A model generated the notes under the pieces. It worked only from the letters and a program-made list of their open reading frames with translations. It had not been told where the DNA came from and made no database searches. A stretch of 63,196 bases of DNA, filler included, from Perkinsus chesapeaki ATCC PRA-425 (Eukaryota; Protista; Perkinsozoa), in the NCBI GenBank assembly GCA_013115145.1. It is 6 parts of 6 records of this genome, joined end to end, with 100 filler letters (N's around TTAATTAATTAA, not from the genome) between each part and the next. Parts side by side here need not be neighbours in the genome. Positions count along the whole stretch, not along the records: positions 43,291 to 56,603 come from JAAPAO010000793.1; positions 56,704 to 61,975 come from JAAPAO010001175.1; 4 more parts are not named here. One strand, given 5' to 3'. Position numbers and translations under genes: made by a program. This document shows, one piece after another, positions 44,117 to 56,705 of this stretch. The first letter of the stretch is position 1; each line of letters begins with the position of its first letter.

Positions 44117-47100
44117 ATACTACTATTACTACTACTATTACTTCATAATAATTATTATTATTCTGATAGTAGGTGGCAAGGACTCGATATACAATTAACA
44201 AGAAATGAAATATTGGAGAATGTTAAACAATTTAATAAGGATAGATCATTATTAAGTGTAATAATGACTACAAATGATAATAATAATAAGTATTAATAAT
44301 TATAGATGATACCGATACTCGGACTTCCATCAACATCATCATCATCAGATGATAATAATAAAGTTACAGTAGCATGGTAAGTAGTAGTAGTATTATTCAA
44401 AGTATGCTGTTGCTGTTCAAACTTTAAAGGGTTCAAACATCATTATTTAATATATATGCAAGAGACGTATGTGATATACCACATAATAATGATGATATGA
44501 TAAGGTAATATAATACAGTATATTGTACTAATACGTATAGTAATACTGTAATAGCTTCTTATAATAATAACTTATTTATATCTTTCTATATTTAGTTATT
44601 GGCAAGATAATGATATACAAACGTCATGTGAGTATAAATTACAAAGATTTTGTAATGAGATCGATAAGTATACTACTAATAATAACAAAAACAAAGAAAG
44701 CTCTCATAATGATATTAATAATAATAATCCAACATCATTGACATCATCATCATCAATAATACCATTCTTTGATAATAACGAATGTCTTATTGATAATGGT
44801 AACACGTTGGTGATACCATTAAGTCATTATGAAGGTATACATTGTGATATATTTATGGATTGTAGTAAAATGAGAATATTATATATTATAAGTTTAATAG
44901 TAGCGGTAATAACAATATCAACAACAATATATTATTATTTATAATGGTTATCATTAGTTATCTTGTCTTATATCATTATTATTTATTATTATATCAATTA
45001 TCATATTATTCATTGAATTATTATGGTATGATAAAATAATAATAAATAATAATAAATTATTCTCCCGTTATCGCCTATTTATTATGTGTATTGGTATAAT
45101 ATTTGGTAAGTAGTAGTAGTAGTAGTAGTAGTAGTATTATCAGCTGATATGATAGTAATCTTATTATTATGAGGTATTGTATCAATTTTAATATATGGTA
45201 TTGGTAATGAAATATTCGATGTGAGAATTAAAAAGGTATTAAAATCAGATAGACTATTTTATTTTATATTACCTGATACAGCAATACAGGAAGATGCTGT
45301 AATAATAATAATAATCTATATAATAATAATACATATACACCATATACTAGGTAACTGGCATGTTACAATTAACGACAGTAGCATCATCAGCAAGAAGAAG
45401 TCTCGGAGATAATAATAACACAGCAATATCAACATCATCATTTGATAATAATAATAATCCCTCATCATCAATAATAACAACAACACTATCAAAATCTAGT
45501 AAAGTAATAATATACAGTATGTTGTTGCGGCGGCGGCGGAGTAATGATATTATTATATTAGTAGGCATTGAAAGATAGTACAAAAGAAGTTATTGAAAAT
45601 ATAGTAGATAAGGATGGTTTGAAGATTGAAGTTAATAAAGCATCAAATATACCATTAAATAGTATAACCAGAACAATGGCTAGGTAGTAGTAGTAATAGT
45701 AGGTTCATTATTATTATAATAATAGTACACAGTATATATACAGAGATATATATCTGTTATTGTTATTGTTAGTATATCTGAATTAGCAATAAAAGAAGAT
45801 ATTATTGATTATATACATGGAATTAGAGATGGAATTATATGTAATAATAGATAATAATATCCGATACATATTATTATTATTATTTAGCATTTAATATGTA
45901 TGAATCAATTATAAATATTAGAGAAATAATGAGAATAGAAGGGTGGGTAGTAGAGGGTGGATATAATAATATATATTTATTAATAATAATTAGGAATATA
46001 TATAATAATAATAATGATAATGATAGGATAATAAATATTATTAATGATACAGTTATTGATATAATAGAATTAGCAAAACCATTATTCATATCTATTATTC
46101 CGAAAAATGATTATAATAAAATAAATGAAGGTACTAAAGACTTAATATTATTATTTCACATTATTATTATTATTTGAGTAGGAACTTTTAATGATTATAA
46201 TAATGATAGTGGTGGTGGTGGTTACTATAATATCACAGTGTTGGGTAATTTATTCGATAAAATAAGAGAGCTAAGAGTTAATGGGATTAAAACAATGACC
46301 AATATTAAATTAGATATTAAGGATTTAGTAATAATGATAATATACTCTATTAATAATAATATATTATTATTAGAAACAATGCATTACTGAGGTTAGAAAT
46401 AGTGGTAAAAGTTTGATAAGTATTATTAAAAGTGATAATACTCACATCGGAGGGAAACATCGGAGGCGCGGGAACGATAATATCAATATCATTATACCAT
46501 CAATAATAAGAGTTGTATTAAAAGGACTAAATACAGTACCTAATGTAATAATAATAATTATATATTATTGTTATTATTATTGGTTGTCGTTGTTAGTTAT
46601 TTAGTAAAATACATAATATAATTGAAAGGATATTATTTAATAGCGAACAATTATTTAGTAAAATACGCCATACATTAGAAAGGGAATCAGAAAATATAAA
46701 GGAAATTATAAATAGTGGTGCTCATGATGCTTATGATTATGATATGTCATTGGACGACAGATGTAAAGATATATTTGACAAGATAATGATATTATCGGAA
46801 AATACACAGAAGATATTATTATTGAATAATAATACTAGTAATGGATATGGTAATAATGATAATAATAATTACTTTATATCATGATGATGATAGTAGATTA
46901 TAATATTATAATATCCCCTTTATTAAAACTAAGTTTAAATAATTTTATAAAACATACTAATATGAATAAATTATATACATGGCAAAATGTAATAATAATA
47001 ATTGATAAATTACAGATTAAGTAATATTATAAATAATATTATTATCAGAATAATAATAAAGCAACAACAACAGCAACAGCAAGACTATCATCCTCAACAA

Positions 47101-47950
47101 CATTATCAAAAATGAATAATATTAAAACATTAATAGAATCTAGTATAAGAGAATCGAGTATAGGGAATAATGATGGTATTAATAATAATAGAGTAGTAGA
47201 TTTAGTAGTATATTTATAATAATTAGGTCATATATCACTTACATCAATTATTAATATAATTGATTCATATAATGATGTATTAAAACGCGGACAAGGTAAA
47301 GAAGGTATTGATGCAATAGAAGAAGAAAGGATATGTGATGAGGAACAAGTTGAAGTATTTATTAAAAATAATGGTAAATATTTCTTATTTGGATATGGGT
47401 AGTAATAATAATATTATTATTATCACTGTATAATCATCATGCATCTGTATTATGGTATGTATTGATATTATTATTATTTTATATATCAGATATTTATCAT
47501 GTATAATATCTGTTATATTCGCTTTAATATCATTATTATTCACATTATCATCATCATCATCATCATCTCATTATTATTCATCTAATGATAATATTTAAGT
47601 ATGTTAGGTAATAATGTAATTATTATGTAATGCATACATATACCATGTATAATTATGATAAAAACTAATAGGTAATCATAAATACACACTGGTCGTCGTC
47701 GTCGTCAAATAATGATAATCAAGAAGATGAATCAAAGAATGATAATAGTACTCCAAGTAGTAGTAGGAGGAGGAGGCCATTACTATTAATATCACCATCA
47801 TCAAACGATTATGATGATTAGGATATTAGTGCAGCGGTATAATAATAGTAACAATTAAATAATGATTATTATTATTATTATTTTATATTGTACCCGTATA
47901 ATAATATACGTAATGTTCCTAATACCCCTAATGGGGTATTCAATCTTGTT
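43400..47950 (+). CDS. Probable intron-rich gene(s) in a very AT-rich region, product unknown
   Basis: Open I/N/K/Y-rich exon segments between gtaata/gtaagt donors and ttag acceptors, e.g. YWQDNDIQTSCEYKLQRFCNEIDKY, ALKDSTKEVIENIVDKDGLKIEV and HISLTSIINIIDSYNDVLKRGQGKEG. Introns are built from ATT/ACT/GTA/CAT microsatellites. Confidence 0.45.
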
Positions 47951-48087
47951 GATGATTAATATCATCATCATCATGGATTTGCATATATAATGAAGATGTT
48001 ATCTTTAAATAAGTATATTGTGTTGTTTATTATTATTATAACACCATCATCATTATTATCATTTAGACAATATTATTATTATTATTA

Positions 48088-48611
48088 TTATTGTTGTATA
48101 ATATATTTTAATGCTTTATCTAAACTACCATTTTCTTCACGTAATGTCATTGATGCTGATTCTTCCACTAGTTTGGGACAACAATCGAATTCTCTCATTA
48201 ATACTTCAACATCAGTCTTACATATTTTAACTTTCATAAGCTCACGTTCTCTAACAACATAATAATAATACCCAACAACAACACCAACAACATAACAATT
48301 AACAATAACTATATACGTACCTCTCCTGTTGTGCTTTGTATGATGCCTCTTTCTTTTCCTTTAATTCTTTTAACTTTTGTTCCATCGCTTTTGTATCCAC
48401 ACTTTTCCCTTCAATTTCCTAAAATACTATCAAGTACCAACAATTAGTAGTAGTGGGACGTCGTCGTCGTACTCATCACTATTATTACTACCTCAATATA
48501 ATCGGTTATCTTCTCAAGAGATCTGGCCTCATCTCTCTTAGTGGCATCATTATTACCACTTTTACTACCGGACAACAACAAAGAGGAGGAGGAAGGAGTT
48601 GATGATGTCAT
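48088..48611 (-). CDS. HYPK: Huntingtin-interacting protein K (HYPK) homolog, 3 exons
   Basis: Exons 48611-48492, 48418-48321 and 48250-48088 splice to ..DEARSLEKITDYIE|EIEGKSVDTKAMEQKL..AQQER|ERELMKVKICKTDVEVLMREFD..ASMTLREENGSLDKALKYIIQQ*. This matches the HYPK pattern LERVTDY..E..REKELAKV.IKKED.ELIM.E..AE..LRE..G.V..AL. The gene is absent from the ORF track. Confidence 0.85.
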
Positions 48612-49442
48612 CTTTGATGATGATTATTATTAATACCAATACAACTTACTACTGTAATATTTAATTTCGCTACCAGTGGTAGCCTACCACCACGGCCCTC
48701 ACGCTACCCGGCCTGGACGTGAGTACTTTCCGGGCTGAAGGTGGTGGCACAAAAGTGTGTTGAGGAAATGTAAGGCTTACTGAGAGAGCAAGATTACTAA
48801 AACCGTGTTGTGGGCCACGGGCTCGGCGGTCCGAACCGAGGCTAAAAGCGGTCCCAAACCTGGAAAGTCTCGTATGGGAGGGATATAAAGGTTCTATCGC
48901 GGGCCTTCGGCCCGCTTTTATTCCTAATGACGTCTTGTGCCCCTCCCTCTTGTGTAGGGTTCCAGAAACATATTCTATGCTTACCTATATAGCCTACACT
49001 CAATCATGCCTTTTGCGCGCAGGGGACAATTCAAGGGCGGGCGCTAAAATAATGAAATAGAAGTGCTCGTCCCAAGATTCGAACCTCAGTCGCCGTTTCA
49101 GAACCGTTTCACTGCTTTTCCACAGAGGTTAAAAAGGTTTCTTGTCATGTGTTGCTGGTCATAATGTTTGATCATCAAACTTTGATTTCAGCTTCTTTCC
49201 TAGTGTGCTATCAATCATACATCTTGGGTGGGGACTCCCCACTGGGAAGAGTCAATTCCTTCCACAATGGAAACAATACATCTTGCCCAGGGCTGTCAGC
49301 CTTCCTGGTGCTACCAGTGCTGCAACCCTGGTAACTTCCCAGGTAAGCTTCGAAATAGCCTTCGGCAAGCATTTTCTTGCGCGCGTCAACTTTTTTCTTG
49401 CACTGGGCAACTTTTTTCTCGCGCGCCACAAAACTTTCCCTA

Positions 49443-49818
49443 GCCCTGCAGGCAACTGAGCTGTGGGTCTACAGGTGTCAGACCCACCTGTGAGTGGCGA
49501 TGGCCGACCTACAGGGAAGTGGGGGTGAGGTAGCGGCTCAATTCAGGCTTGCGCGTGTCCTGCGGGACCCGGATTAACTCCCTCGCCCTGCAAGCAACTG
49601 AGCTGTAAGGCTAGAGGTGTCAGACCGAACTGTGTGTGGCGACCTAGAGGGAAGTGGGGGTTGAGGTAGAGGTTCGATTCGGGCTTGGGCATGTCCTTAG
49701 CGATTACGGATTAGCTTGCAGTTCAGTCCGAGAGTGGAGCTGTCTAGATTTCGCCTATGACTTCTCTTGTTCTGGTCTGTGCGGAGGGGTGACTCTGTGA
49801 GGCTAGAGGTGTCAGACC
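49443..49818. repeat. Diverged direct repeat of about 142 bp (2 copies plus a partial third)
   Basis: gccctgca.gcaactgagctgt..ctagaggtgtcagacc starts at 49443 and 49585, with a partial copy at 49795-49818. Confidence 0.8.
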
Positions 49819-50108
49819 TCTGCTACTATCAATTGACATGGAAGTTCCATGATGGAACAACATTCATTTCACATCAAGCGCTCGCCGTTTTTGAAAGTAA
49901 CTCGAACTCTGACGAGTAAGGTTCATTATGATCAAATGACATATCCATTGTTAACATGCAGTGTCTACGGTCATTGCTCGCCACGGATGTGGATAGCGCG
50001 GTAATTATTCTTTCCTCTGTGTACAATCTGGGCAGAACCTACAAAGACAAACCTAGCGTTCGCTGTCGCTGTTTTATGCGCATGCCAAGCAGAGCATTAA
50101 CTGCCAAC

Positions 50109-51530
50109 TCACCACTCGCCCTCCGGTACTAATTCCAGATGTAAACACTCCAAGTGGAACCAATCGTCACACTGAGAAGAAGAAATTATTCTTCGTGAAT
50201 GGTGCGCGGTGCCGTCACGGCACTGCCGTAAGCAGTCCCTTGCCCCAAGTCTCACTCTATCACATCCGATGAGGATTTTGCCTGGAAGGTTCCATTGCCC
50301 GTGGCATGTAGGGCAGATCTCCATCCAGTCCTCTCGCCTGAGGCGAGTTGCCTCGCGATATTATCTGCAAGTTATACATATGAGCTCCACGAAAGTCAGG
50401 ATTAGTAGCGAAGTTAGCGCGGGCGTTCAATACGGGTATTTGATACGGGCCCCGTACTACTGGTCGTACAAACGCGATGACTGGATGGTATACAGCTATC
50501 CTGCTACCTGCAGCAACTGGTACCGAGTCTGGGAGCTGCCTAATCTGTTGGGGACGTGGCTTAGCTCTGCCTCTCACAGCTCTGCGCCTTGTGGAAAGCG
50601 CAGTCAGCTTCCGACCCTGAAGAGTTTCTTTTTCTCTCTGAGGGTTAGGGCCCTCTTGAGTCATAAGGAACCTCATCTTACCTTAGGGTTAGTGGGTCGA
50701 CGAAACCCGATAGAACGTTTTCTTGACTCCGACTGATGCGTTTTGGGAGCCTGAAAAAGAACAATTTATACAGTAGGGGCTAATGATCCTACTAATGAGG
50801 AAACTTCGGCCTCTCCACGGGCTACCTCCAAGAAAGTCCCCATCGAAGTCAGGACTAAGGGCGGTGAGGCTGACGGCGATGGGGCAGGTGAGAAGGAGAA
50901 CGTGCCACCGTGTGTAGGCTAAAAAGCCTTTTAGTCAAAGTTATGTTTTCGCGGAGAACTCCACCTCTGGAGAGCCTCCGAAGTACTCCTGCATATTAGA
51001 TAACGATGTAGACCAGTCAACATTTTCGATCGGCGATAAATCCAGCATTGCTGGGGAACGACAAACGCCAGGGCGTGAATCTTCGTTGGCGGCTCCTCCA
51101 AGGTCATCTAAAGGAATCCATGACATCGTGGTACACCATTCAGGAACGCCTATCAGTTGCCCTCAGGCCCGCCGGGCGGCGGCGGGATGAAACAGTGTTT
51201 CAGAAACACGTATAGTCCTCATATTATATGGGGGGAACTAACCTGGTATTGGGCGATTACTATCTGAAGAGCTGCTCGCTGATGAGAGCCAAAGGGTGAC
51301 AAGGTCCTGGTGATCCTCAGTATCAAAGGTGATGCTCTCGTTGTCCTTATTCTCCGACACCGAGCCGGGAAGCTCCGAACCGGTATCTGAGTGGCTGTAC
51401 TCCGTGGAGCAGTCAGACTCGGAGTCAGAGCTAGTTTCATCGCCTAATACGCTCTCCTCAACGTCGCTATTCTCATCGTCTCCCACTATGCTTCGACCTA
51501 ATATGCGTAAATATTTAATGCTTAACATTA
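50109..51530 (-). CDS. Multi-exon gene with an acidic tract and a C-terminal PHD finger, possibly transposon-associated
   Basis: EICPTCHGQWNLPGKILIGCDR|CDDWFHLECLHLELVPEGEW| is a C4HC3 PHD pattern split by introns. An acidic D/E/S exon lies at 51238-51470. The exon chain and 5' end are unresolved. Confidence 0.6.
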
Positions 51531-53414
51531 AACAATAAACAGTGTAACCAACGACGGCTCCTGCTCAAACTGCAGCTGCTGCAATGCCATGCAGCGGAAT
51601 ATATTGTTTCCGTCGAAATCAGTTTCGTAAAACAGTTATTTAGAAGATTCCGTTCTCGATAACGCGGAGTGAACAATATCAAGTTGATATTATCAACCGC
51701 CAATTCCACGAGGTTTCATGAAATAATGAAGGAGTCCTCATTGTCAATGAGTCATTGAGGACGGATAAGGGCGCGTGTGTAACACGGTGTTTAACACCGG
51801 GTGTTACCATCGTCGTCTTCCTCGGCGCTTCTGATGAGCGCGCGATGCAGAACTCTCTGCGGATCTAAAAGAAAGTCTCTCAGAGATAAAAAGTATATCA
51901 TGGAATATTGTCGGTACACTTTCAGTTCACTGAAAGTGGTTGGTCAACTTGGTTGTACACTCTTCAGTTGTTCGGGACCCGATCTTCCGGTGTCTGCTAT
52001 CGGATTATTAAGGTATGTTGGGACAACACTGTTGTCCTCATAACTTATGAGTCAAAAGTACTATCAAGCGAACTAGACGGCGGAGAGCTAATGTGGTGGC
52101 GACATCGCGCAAATGGCTGCCAATGTGCCTGATGGGTAGCCAAGGCCAAGGCCAGGCCACTAGTAGTTACTTACTACAGGTAGGCTGGCGTGTCAACTCG
52201 CCGTGTTGTCAAGGTCTTAAATTGAGACTCTTAATATATACTATGATTAAGCTCTCGTGAAGTCTCGTGTCCCTTTCCGAATTCTCGATAGGAAATGATA
52301 GTGCGTAGTTTGTTGAGTCCACTTGTAGCATTGTACTCGTTGTCGGACATGAGTGACACAACAGAAGGTAGAGATCTCGAGAGTTTATTTATATGTATTT
52401 ATAATAGTGGGCACGAACTAGCTCGGGCGAGCGAGAATATACTTATGCTATAGGGCGAGCGAGAATGTAAATACTGTCCCGTAGAACAAGGGACAGTACA
52501 GCATTTGTCTCTCTGTAACAGAGGCTCTGTTGTGCGTATAGTGAAAAGTCGATATGCTGTGCGAGCGAGAGTGCGAGGGTTTGGGCAAGATGGATGGATT
52601 ACGAGTTTCGAATTACACACTCAATAGCCTGTGAAACGGCAACCCTATCTGTTATGCGTGAGTGAGGATGCGTCTAGATCAAACTGCAGCCAGCTCTCTG
52701 CACGATATCCGTGTTTATCAGGTGTTGTCTCATGTTGACTTGGAAATGCAGAGCCTGGACCGCAGAACCTCATGCGTATCAATGGGAAAGGGAATGGTCT
52801 CGATTCGAGACTCTTGAAGCCCGGAAATGTTTTGAATTTCGCCCCTGATGGTGGCGAATCCCTACATTCCTTTGTCGCAATAGTCATGTTATCTGGAAGC
52901 GTATTGGTACGCATCCCTCCCCTTGTTCCAGTACCAAACTGGTTCCTTGAGTTTCCGGTGTCATAGGTAATATCAAGGGAACTAGATGGCGCCTCTGCGG
53001 AAGAAGAATAGTTGGTTGCATTTTAACAGCAGTTCAACACTACGTACGAGTTGGTTCTGGTCGTTCATCTGGTGCTCGGCATATTGCCAGCGGCCGATTG
53101 GCGACTGGATATGTATATGTGCGCGTTATGTATAACCGTACATATATTGATGTCTAACTTGAACCGCCAATGCATTGAAAATGTATGGCGGTGTCTGTGC
53201 GACTCAACTCGACCGGCTGGAACCAGATGATTAACCCATGCACACTTGTTTCTGTTGTGATTGAGGATAGGCTAAGATACTGTATATGAGCGTTTCGGCG
53301 ACTTATGTCTCATCCCCTTAGCGTATTACACTTGTCCAAGTATCCAATAAATGATGTCTCGCGTTGTTAGTATTATGGAATAGAGTGTAGGAAGATCGCT
53401 CAGACACGTAACAG

Positions 53415-53571
53415 CCAGCTCAAGTAGTAGTGGTGTTAGCTCTAGCCGTACAAGTAACAGAGTAACCAGCTCAAGTAGTAGTGGTGTTAGCTCTAGCCGT
53501 ACAAGTACACCCGGGCCCCACGTACACAGCACGGGGCCCAACGTACACAGAAACCGGGTCGAACGTACACA
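53415..53571. repeat. 51-bp direct duplication followed by three cgtacaca motifs spaced about 21 bp apart
   Basis: ccagctcaagtagtagtggtgttagctctagccgtacaagta at 53415 and 53466. cgtacaca at 53521, 53542 and 53564. Confidence 0.85.
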
Positions 53572-53916
53572 AACGCGGAAATTGGTTAAACATCCACACT
53601 CGAAGGCACGTGGGTCTGAAGACGAGCTGAAGTCTAAGGTTAGAAACCTTAAGTTTCGCTTGTCATGAAGAACTGTGCTCTCTGAACTGCGACGATGGCA
53701 CGAGCATCAATCTTGGCTTTCGTATTTAACACAATGCTCCGACGTCGCAGTGCAGGTTTAGCCAGTTCTTGTGCCCAATTCAGACCCGTGCCGCACTGGA
53801 TGACAACGCAAGCTCAGTGGTTTCAAGTCGAAACTTCACGCAATCTGTAACCTAGAGGGGCAGGTTTAGCTCTTTCCATTTGCCCTGCAGCATCGCCACC
53901 GCATAGCGGACCGCTA

Positions 53917-54912
53917 TTAGCGGTGTTCGAAAACCTTCGTTACACCCGTTAGATAGGTCTTCTCCAGCACGTTCTGTATTGCCCACCGGCCAAACTGTGA
54001 TATGCTGAAGGTGCTTATACCGGCGACCCACATCCACTGCGCACCACTCCGCCGCAACGAGTGGGTTGCTATGGTATTGTGCGAGTTTGAAACGCATAGC
54101 TCGAAAGCGGCTTCAATGTGACGCCGAAAGGTCTGGTGGTTGAGCTGACCAAAGAGGGGGCCTTCACGATGTAAGGTTTTGGCTGTGGAGCCTTCACACA
54201 TATAGCTGTATAGTTTGTGCACTGCGCAAAAAAGCTCCGTACACGGACGCTTTGAAGAACCGTAGGAGCAGCCAATCCGGATGGCAGCGCCTTCCCCGAA
54301 GCGGTCACATTTGCTCCGACGGATGACAATGTCGACGACGTCCATATTCTCGATGGTGTTGAAAATGACATCCGAGCATGTGGGACTTATACATTCTCTA
54401 CATCTCAATAACCCAAAGATGCACAGTAGTAGAGCAACCCCTGACTCTCTCTTTCTGCCATTACATTGCTCTAGAGCTTGGCGAACTTGGCCAATGGTAA
54501 CTTGAGCCTTCGCGCCGGGAGGGTATTTACCTACGGGGCTTCTCCGGCGGACTGCAATCAGGGCTCTTCGGGCGTGCTCTATTTCCAAGTAGGAAAAGGT
54601 GTGGCCATTCTCGATGTTCCGTGTTTTGATGGCAGCGGTATAGGTTTTGATAGTCGAGAAGGCGTATCCGACTTTATTTAGGATATATATGAAAGTCAAG
54701 ACAGAGTTCGCAGAGACCGGATACATCTTGTCGATCCTGGTCTTGGGACCGAGCACAACGGCTCGGAATAGCCTTTCCCCGGAGGTGTACGTCTTCCGTG
54801 TAGTAGGAGCTAAGGCGGAACGAACTAGATCAGCGACTTCTTCGGACAGATCTTTTCCATCGGCTCTTGCCTTGGCTAAGAAGTCTGTAGCTCTCTTATG
54901 TCGCTCGGCCAT
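53917..54912 (-). CDS. Tyrosine recombinase of the DIRS/Ngaro element, intact 331 aa
   Basis: SAM-like N-terminus (LAPTTRKTY..STIKTYTAAIK). Catalytic R (GLLRCRE), K (RRSKCD), HxxR (HSLRRSGA), W (GRW) and Y (EKTYL). Confidence 0.93.
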   Translation of the reverse strand: MAERHKRATDFLAKARADGKDLSEEVADLVRSALAPTTRKTYTSGERLFRAVVLGPKTRIDKMYPVSANSVLTFIYILNKVGYAFSTIKTYTAAIKTRNIENGHTFSYLEIEHARRALIAVRRRSPVGKYPPGAKAQVTIGQVRQALEQCNGRKRESGVALLLCIFGLLRCRECISPTCSDVIFNTIENMDVVDIVIRRSKCDRFGEGAAIRIGCSYGSSKRPCTELFCAVHKLYSYMCEGSTAKTLHREGPLFGQLNHQTFRRHIEAAFELCVSNSHNTIATHSLRRSGAQWMWVAGISTFSISQFGRWAIQNVLEKTYLTGVTKVFEHR

Positions 54913-55019
54913 GAGATGACTGTGAACTGTCGAAGATTGCCGGTTAACGCACTGGATTCGACTTGAACGATTGATGGCTTAAACCCAAGCTTACCGAGGC
55001 AGAAACATCGACTTATCAC

Positions 55020-56603
55020 CACGAACTTTTTACTTGGATCTATATGGGGTCATGGCTGGTAGCGAGCCATCATCAACGTTGACCTTCCTCCATGAAGTGG
55101 GGAGGAAAGCCGTATCTCCACGCGAGATTCGGTCCGCAACCTAGTTATCCTCAGATGAACGCCATTGGACGGTGCAACTAGTGAGTGTGAGTCTGGCGAG
55201 ACTGCGAACCACCCGACGCAGTAGCTGCGCGAGTACTGGAGTTTTGGAATACATATGGAATACAATGGAATTCACAGGACGGACACTACTGCTTTATTGT
55301 CAGTATAGATAGCGACTTTGTAATCTGAGAGACCGCCGAACTTCGGCAGCCGAAGGTGCGCTGTGCTTCTTTCAAGGCTAAGCCTACCGCTAGGAGCTCA
55401 GCGATTACAATGTCTTTAGCTACGGTGCCCACACGGCGGTCTTTGCTCGTGAGGGCCCAGGGCTTCAAAATGGACTCGTCGATCTCTTTGAGAGACCGCC
55501 GAACTTTGGCAGCCGAAGGTGCGCTGTGCTTCTTTCAAGGCTAAGCCTACCGCTAGGAGCTCAGCGATTACAATGTCCTTAGCTACGGTGCCCACACGGC
55601 GGTCTTTGCTCGCGAGGGCCCAGGGCTTCAGAATGGACTCGTCGATCTCTTTGTGGAACCAAATAGTAGGCCCGGAGCTCAGCGATTCGATCGGGCAAGC
55701 CGTAGGGCTTCCGCGGAGTGCGATAACGCCTCCCAAGGCACGAGCGAAGCGTCGGTGAACAATAACATTGTCCCAGTATAACCGTCGAGCGACCTTTGAA
55801 TCGGGCCCACTGAGTGGAAGGCATGAGGGTCTGACAAGACGTCGATGAAGAAGTTAGCGGTGATGTTGACTTCGCTCTTCCTAGGGCAAGCTGCAGTCGG
55901 TCGCCCCAGCTTCCGCATCACCGCTAAGAGGCCGTAGAACGGCTGCAGGTAAGGTTTGAAATACTTACGCAGTGAAGCGTAACGATTTAGCTTCCCTGCG
56001 AGCGACACTAGCTTCTGCTCGGATATACATTCACTTGATACCAGAGCACGCAGATCTGCAAGAAGCTTCACAGTTTTGGCGGGGTCGATCTCGAAACATG
56101 GGCTGTCCCGGATGTCAATTCGGATCCCAACCACCGTTCCTTCGGTGAGGTTGAATCGTAGCTGGTCGCAACTTAACCCCGATCCCAAGAGAAGCCAAAA
56201 TACTATTATGACGGTTGCGACCTGGCATAGATTTCGATCCATATACAGCGAAAGCCGTCGTCGACATACATATAGGGGCCGAACGGCTTTGATATGGACA
56301 CCGAAAAGGTGGCTCGCACTGCGAGCCTCGCAGTATGAGCTCGAGGCATGACAGGGCTAGGTTTGCATAGCGTACGAACCAGTGTGCTGCCCCGCTATGT
56401 CCAAAAGATAGGACCTTATTGCCGTAAGCGACAGTATTGCCGTCTAGAAAGGTGTGGGTGAGACGTTCTTTCTCTCGCTGGGATGAATGCCAAGGTGTCG
56501 ATATGCGGACTTCAGATCGAATTGTAGGACCCTGTATTTGGCGGTGGATTGGCTGGTGGCGTCTGCCAGTGAACTGATGAGTTGGCGCAGATGAGATACA
56601 GAT
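55020..56603 (-). pseudogene. Disrupted RT-RNase H region of the DIRS/Ngaro element
   Basis: Frameshifts in RT, a 1-nt frameshift right after TDAS (about 55740), in-frame stops in the RNase H C-terminus, and a 163-bp tandem duplication. Confidence 0.88.
55327..55653. repeat. 163-bp tandem duplication inside RNase H (frame-breaking)
   Basis: gagagaccgccgaact.. starts at 55327 and 55490, with few mismatches between copies. Confidence 0.93.
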
Positions 56604-56703
56604 NNNNNNNNNNNNNNNNNNNNNNNNNNNNNNNNNNNNNNNNNNNNTTAATTAATTAANNNNNNNNNNNNNNNNNNNNNNNNNNNNNNNNNNNNNNNNN
56701 NNN
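56604..56703. other. Artificial scaffold linker
   Basis: 44N-TTAATTAATTAA-44N. Confidence 0.97.
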
Positions 56704-56705
56704 AT

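Larger units (their letters stand above)
53400..56603 (-). mobile_element. DIRS/Ngaro-type tyrosine-recombinase retroelement (RT-RNaseH-YR order), 5' end cut by the scaffold end
   Basis: RT motifs DLKSAYRHLGIHP, VLSFG and MYVDDGF. RNase H motifs LFTDAS, IAELLAV, YTDNKAV and VADRISR. YR ORF downstream. The 3' boundary is uncertain. Confidence 0.9.

Noticed and set aside
43753-48262. Ile/Asn-rich ORFs in the AT-rich region taken as standalone membrane proteins
   Set aside because: The poly-Ile, poly-Asn and poly-Tyr runs are read-through of ATT/AAT microsatellite introns.
49065-49095. tRNA-like GGTTCGAATC on the minus strand
   Set aside because: The T-stem is poor and no cloverleaf forms upstream.
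53917-54912. Prophage or integron integrase
   Set aside because: It lies directly downstream of RT-RNase H in DIRS/Ngaro order, and no phage genes or attC sites are present.
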